A DNA stretch of 64,000 nucleotides. Origin: an uncultured Actinomycetes bacterium (GTDB lineage Bacteria; Actinomycetota; Coriobacteriia; Anaerosomatales; PHET01). Position numbers and translations under genes: made by a program. The DNA is taken from positions 163,965 to 227,964 of the forward strand of contig CAVPCY010000013.1 in assembly GCA_963702525.1 (NCBI GenBank). Direction: 5' to 3'. Of the stretch, positions 61,482-64,000 are shown piece after piece (the first letter of the stretch is position 1; each line of letters begins with the position of its first letter). The notes under the pieces were generated by a model. It ran no database searches and had not been told where the DNA came from. It was given only the letters and a program-made list of their open reading frames with translations.

Positions 61482-62538
61482 ATGGCGCGCGTGTTCGTTG
61501 CGATGAGCGGCGGAGTCGACTCCAGCGTCGCGGCGGCACTACTTCTCGAGCAGGGCCACGACGTCACCGGTGTGACCATGCAGTTGTGGCCGTCCGGCGA
61601 CATCGAGGGCGGATGCTGCTCCGTGTCGGCGATTCGCGATGCCAAGCGCGTATGTGACGTGCTGGGCATCCCGCACTATGCGCTCAACTACCGCGATACA
61701 TTCGAGCGAGAGGTTGTAGCGCCGTTCGCCGCACAGTACGCGGCGGGCCGCACGCCCAACCCCTGCATCGCATGCAACGACCGCGTGAAGTTCTCCGACC
61801 TCCTGGCCAAGGTGTCGCTCCAGGGAGCGGAGTATCTGGCGACAGGCCACTATGCCCGAGTCGTCCGTGATGCGGACGGCGTGCCCTGGCTCGCGCGCGG
61901 TCTCGACGTGGGCAAGGACCAGAGCTACTTCTTGTACCGCATGACTCCGGAGCAACTCGAGCACACGCTGTTCCCCGTTGGCGAGCTGCACAAGACCGAC
62001 GTGCGGGCGATCGCACAGAGGCTCGGGCTCTCCGTCGCCGAGAAGCCAGAGAGCCAGGAGGCTTGTTTCGCGGCTGATGGCGACTACCTGTCAGCCATCC
62101 AGGCGCGCGCCCCGGAGGCGCTCGAGCCGGGGCCGATCGTGGACCGGGAGGGAACCGTCCTCGGGCGCCACGATGGCATCGCGCATTTCACGGTGGGCCA
62201 GCGCCGGGGTATCGGCGTCGGCGGGCTGGAGAACCCGCTGTACGTCACCGCCATCGATGCGGACACACGTACCGTTGTGGTTGGTCCGAGGGAGCAGCTT
62301 GCCGTGGAGCGCGTTGCCGCGGCCGAGGTGCTGTGGCGCGGCGGGACATCCATGTGTGTGACCGCAGCCGTGCGATATCGCATGCCAGCCGTTCCGGCTG
62401 TCGCGACGATCGCCGATGGCGGCTGCCTCGTCGTCAACTTCGAGTCAGCCGTCTACGGCGTTGCACCGGGGCAGAGCCGTCGTATGCTATGACGGAGACA
62501 CGGTAGTAGGGGGAGGAGTCATCGAGTGCGCGAGCTGA
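61482..62538 (+). CDS. mnmA: tRNA 2-thiouridine(34) synthase MnmA; frameshift near 62472
   Basis: VAMSGGVDSSVAA, NPCIACN, DQSYFL. The C-terminus GQS/AVVCYDGDTVVGGGVIECAS* was recovered in another frame. Confidence 0.85.
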
Positions 62539-63341
62539 TCGACTGTCACGTGCACACCGAGCTGTCGGGCCATGGAAGCGGCACCGTAGCTCAAGCAGTG
62601 AGTGCTGCCGTGTTCAAGGGACTGACGGGGCTCATCCTCACGGAGCACCTACCTCTGCCGCACGGCATCGACCCGGACAACCACATCTCGATGCCCATGG
62701 ACGTCATCGGCCGATACGCGACGGAGGTCGCCGAATGGGCCGAGCGCGCGCGCGACGTTCAGGTCGTCGTCGGCGCCGAGGCGGACTGGATTCCTGGCCG
62801 GGAAGACGAGCTCGCAGCTATCCGGTCGGCGGCCGCGGATGCCGGGGTCTCCGTCTTGCTCGGCAGCGTTCACTTCCTCGATGGCTGGGCGTTCGACGAT
62901 CCACACCACGTGCAGGAGTGGGAAGGACGCGACGTGGACGCGGTGTGGTCGCGGTACTTCGAGGTGTGGTGCGATGCAGCGGCAAGCGGTTTGTTCGACG
63001 TCATGGCCCATCCGGATCTGGTCAAGAAGTTCGGGCACTTTCCGTCCCACGACGCTGCGGACCTCTACGCTGCGGCTGCATGCGCGGCGCTCGAGGGCCA
63101 CGTAGCGATCGAGGTGTCCACGGCGGGCCTGCGTAAGCCGGTGAGAGAGCTCTACCCCGGCCCCGACCTGCTGCGCGTGTTTGCGGAGGCCGGGGTGCCG
63201 GCAACCGTGGGATCCGATGCTCACGACCCATCGGAAGTGGGTCAGGATATCGAACAAGCCTACGTCGCGCTGCATGAAGCAGGGTACAGGTACGTGTCGT
63301 TCCCGATCTCTCGTGACGAAACGAGGTCGATCGAACTATGA
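62526..63341 (+). CDS. PHP-family histidinol-phosphatase-like hydrolase (HisJ/HisK type)
   Basis: MRELIDCHVHTELSGHG, LTEHLP, GSVHFLD, AHPDL, GSDAH. Confidence 0.7.
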   Translation: MRELIDCHVHTELSGHGSGTVAQAVSAAVFKGLTGLILTEHLPLPHGIDPDNHISMPMDVIGRYATEVAEWAERARDVQVVVGAEADWIPGREDELAAIRSAAADAGVSVLLGSVHFLDGWAFDDPHHVQEWEGRDVDAVWSRYFEVWCDAAASGLFDVMAHPDLVKKFGHFPSHDAADLYAAAACAALEGHVAIEVSTAGLRKPVRELYPGPDLLRVFAEAGVPATVGSDAHDPSEVGQDIEQAYVALHEAGYRYVSFPISRDETRSIEL

Positions 63342-64000
63342 GGCCAGTGACGGTGCGCGACATCGAGCAGGCCGTCGCGAAGAGGTTTCCTCTGGAGCGT
63401 GCCGAGGAGTGGGACCGCTGCGGCCTGCTCGTCGGCGATCCGGACGGGCGTGTCAGTGGCGTGGTTCTCGCCCTCGACCCCACGGTCGAGGTTGTCGAGG
63501 AAGCATTGGCCTTGGGGGCCAATGTCGTAGTCACGCATCATCCCGCGTTCCTTTCGCCGCCGGAGCGGCTCACACCGGGCCGCGGGTCGGCCGACGTGGT
63601 GTTTGCGGCGCTGTCCAAGGGCGTGGCGTTGATAAACGCCCATACCAATCTCGATCGAGACGAACAGGCTCAGCGGCTCATCCCCATAGCCTTGGGACTT
63701 GACCCGCTCGGGCCACTGGAGCACTCGCTGCAGCCTGGCGCCCTCGTGACCGTGTTCGTGCCCACCGGCGCCGCCGACACTGTGAGCGGGGCGATGGCTG
63801 AGGCGGGAGCCGGGCGTATTGGAAGGTACGAGCGCTGCTCCTTCACGGTGGAGGGGAAGGGTACCTTCGTGCCCCCGGAGGGCTCGCATCCTGCAGTAGG
63901 TACCCCGGGCGAGCGCGGGGAGGCCTCAGAGGTGCGCGTCGAGATGATATGCCCCCCGGCCGCCGCCAGTGTGGTCGTTGCCGCTGCCGTGGCCGCGCAC
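63338..64000 (+). CDS. Nif3-like dinuclear metal centre protein (YbgI/YqfO family), 3' end beyond the window
   Basis: My translation of the open frame from ATG 63338 reads MRPVTVRDIEQAVAKRFPLERAEEWDRCGLLVGD...NVVVTHHPAFL...INAHTNLD. The ATGA overlaps the previous stop. It is not in the ORF track because no stop falls in the window. Confidence 0.75.
   Translation, partial: MRPVTVRDIEQAVAKRFPLERAEEWDRCGLLVGDPDGRVSGVVLALDPTVEVVEEALALGANVVVTHHPAFLSPPERLTPGRGSADVVFAALSKGVALINAHTNLDRDEQAQRLIPIALGLDPLGPLEHSLQPGALVTVFVPTGAADTVSGAMAEAGAGRIGRYERCSFTVEGKGTFVPPEGSHPAVGTPGERGEASEVRVEMICPPAAASVVVAAAVAAH

Overview
High-GC, almost fully coding chromosomal region with about 65 genes. It looks Actinomycetota-like, possibly Coriobacteriia-type, but that is inference from gene order and composition only. 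All calls come from hand translation and remembered family motifs; no searches were run.

Left end, minus strand: a type IV pilus minor-pilin operon (giant PilV-like pilin with tandem Ig-like repeats, PilW-like, PilX-like). It is followed by a very large secreted NHL/beta-propeller surface protein. Divergent from it lie a sugar-transferase/wecB/galE trio and tRNA-Val. Then come a PocR-PAS sensor bracketed by a duplicated tRNA 3' end, two SAM methyltransferases, a disulfide oxidoreductase and an ABC-F ATPase.

Centre: an 11-subunit complex I operon, nuoA-BC-D-H-I-J-K-L-M-N, with no nuoEFG. Its NuoI carries a roughly 500-aa GltD-like module (2x[4Fe-4S] + FAD + NAD(P)H) inserted between the N-terminal segment and the 2x[4Fe-4S] core. 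This is the most unusual feature of the window. A Rex-like palindrome overlaps the nuo promoter.

Right half, housekeeping genes:
- an orphan PilB/GspE ATPase with an MshEN c-di-GMP motif
- deoB-pdp and a DHH-CBS-CCA nucleotidyltransferase
- an M50 protease, trpS, scpAB and rluB
- cobU-T-S-C, hisC-tyrA-aroA, cmk, plsC and ispH
- a DUF512 radical SAM protein, der, plsY, gpsA and rpe
- an FMN riboswitch with ribD-E-BA-H
- an Rrf2 regulator with nifS-iscU-mnmA, a PHP phosphatase and nif3

The sequence carries roughly four dozen apparent frameshifts inside conserved genes. Many ORF-track entries are therefore fragments or chimeras, and the features below are reconstructed genes. No CRISPR array, IS element, integrase or rRNA was seen.
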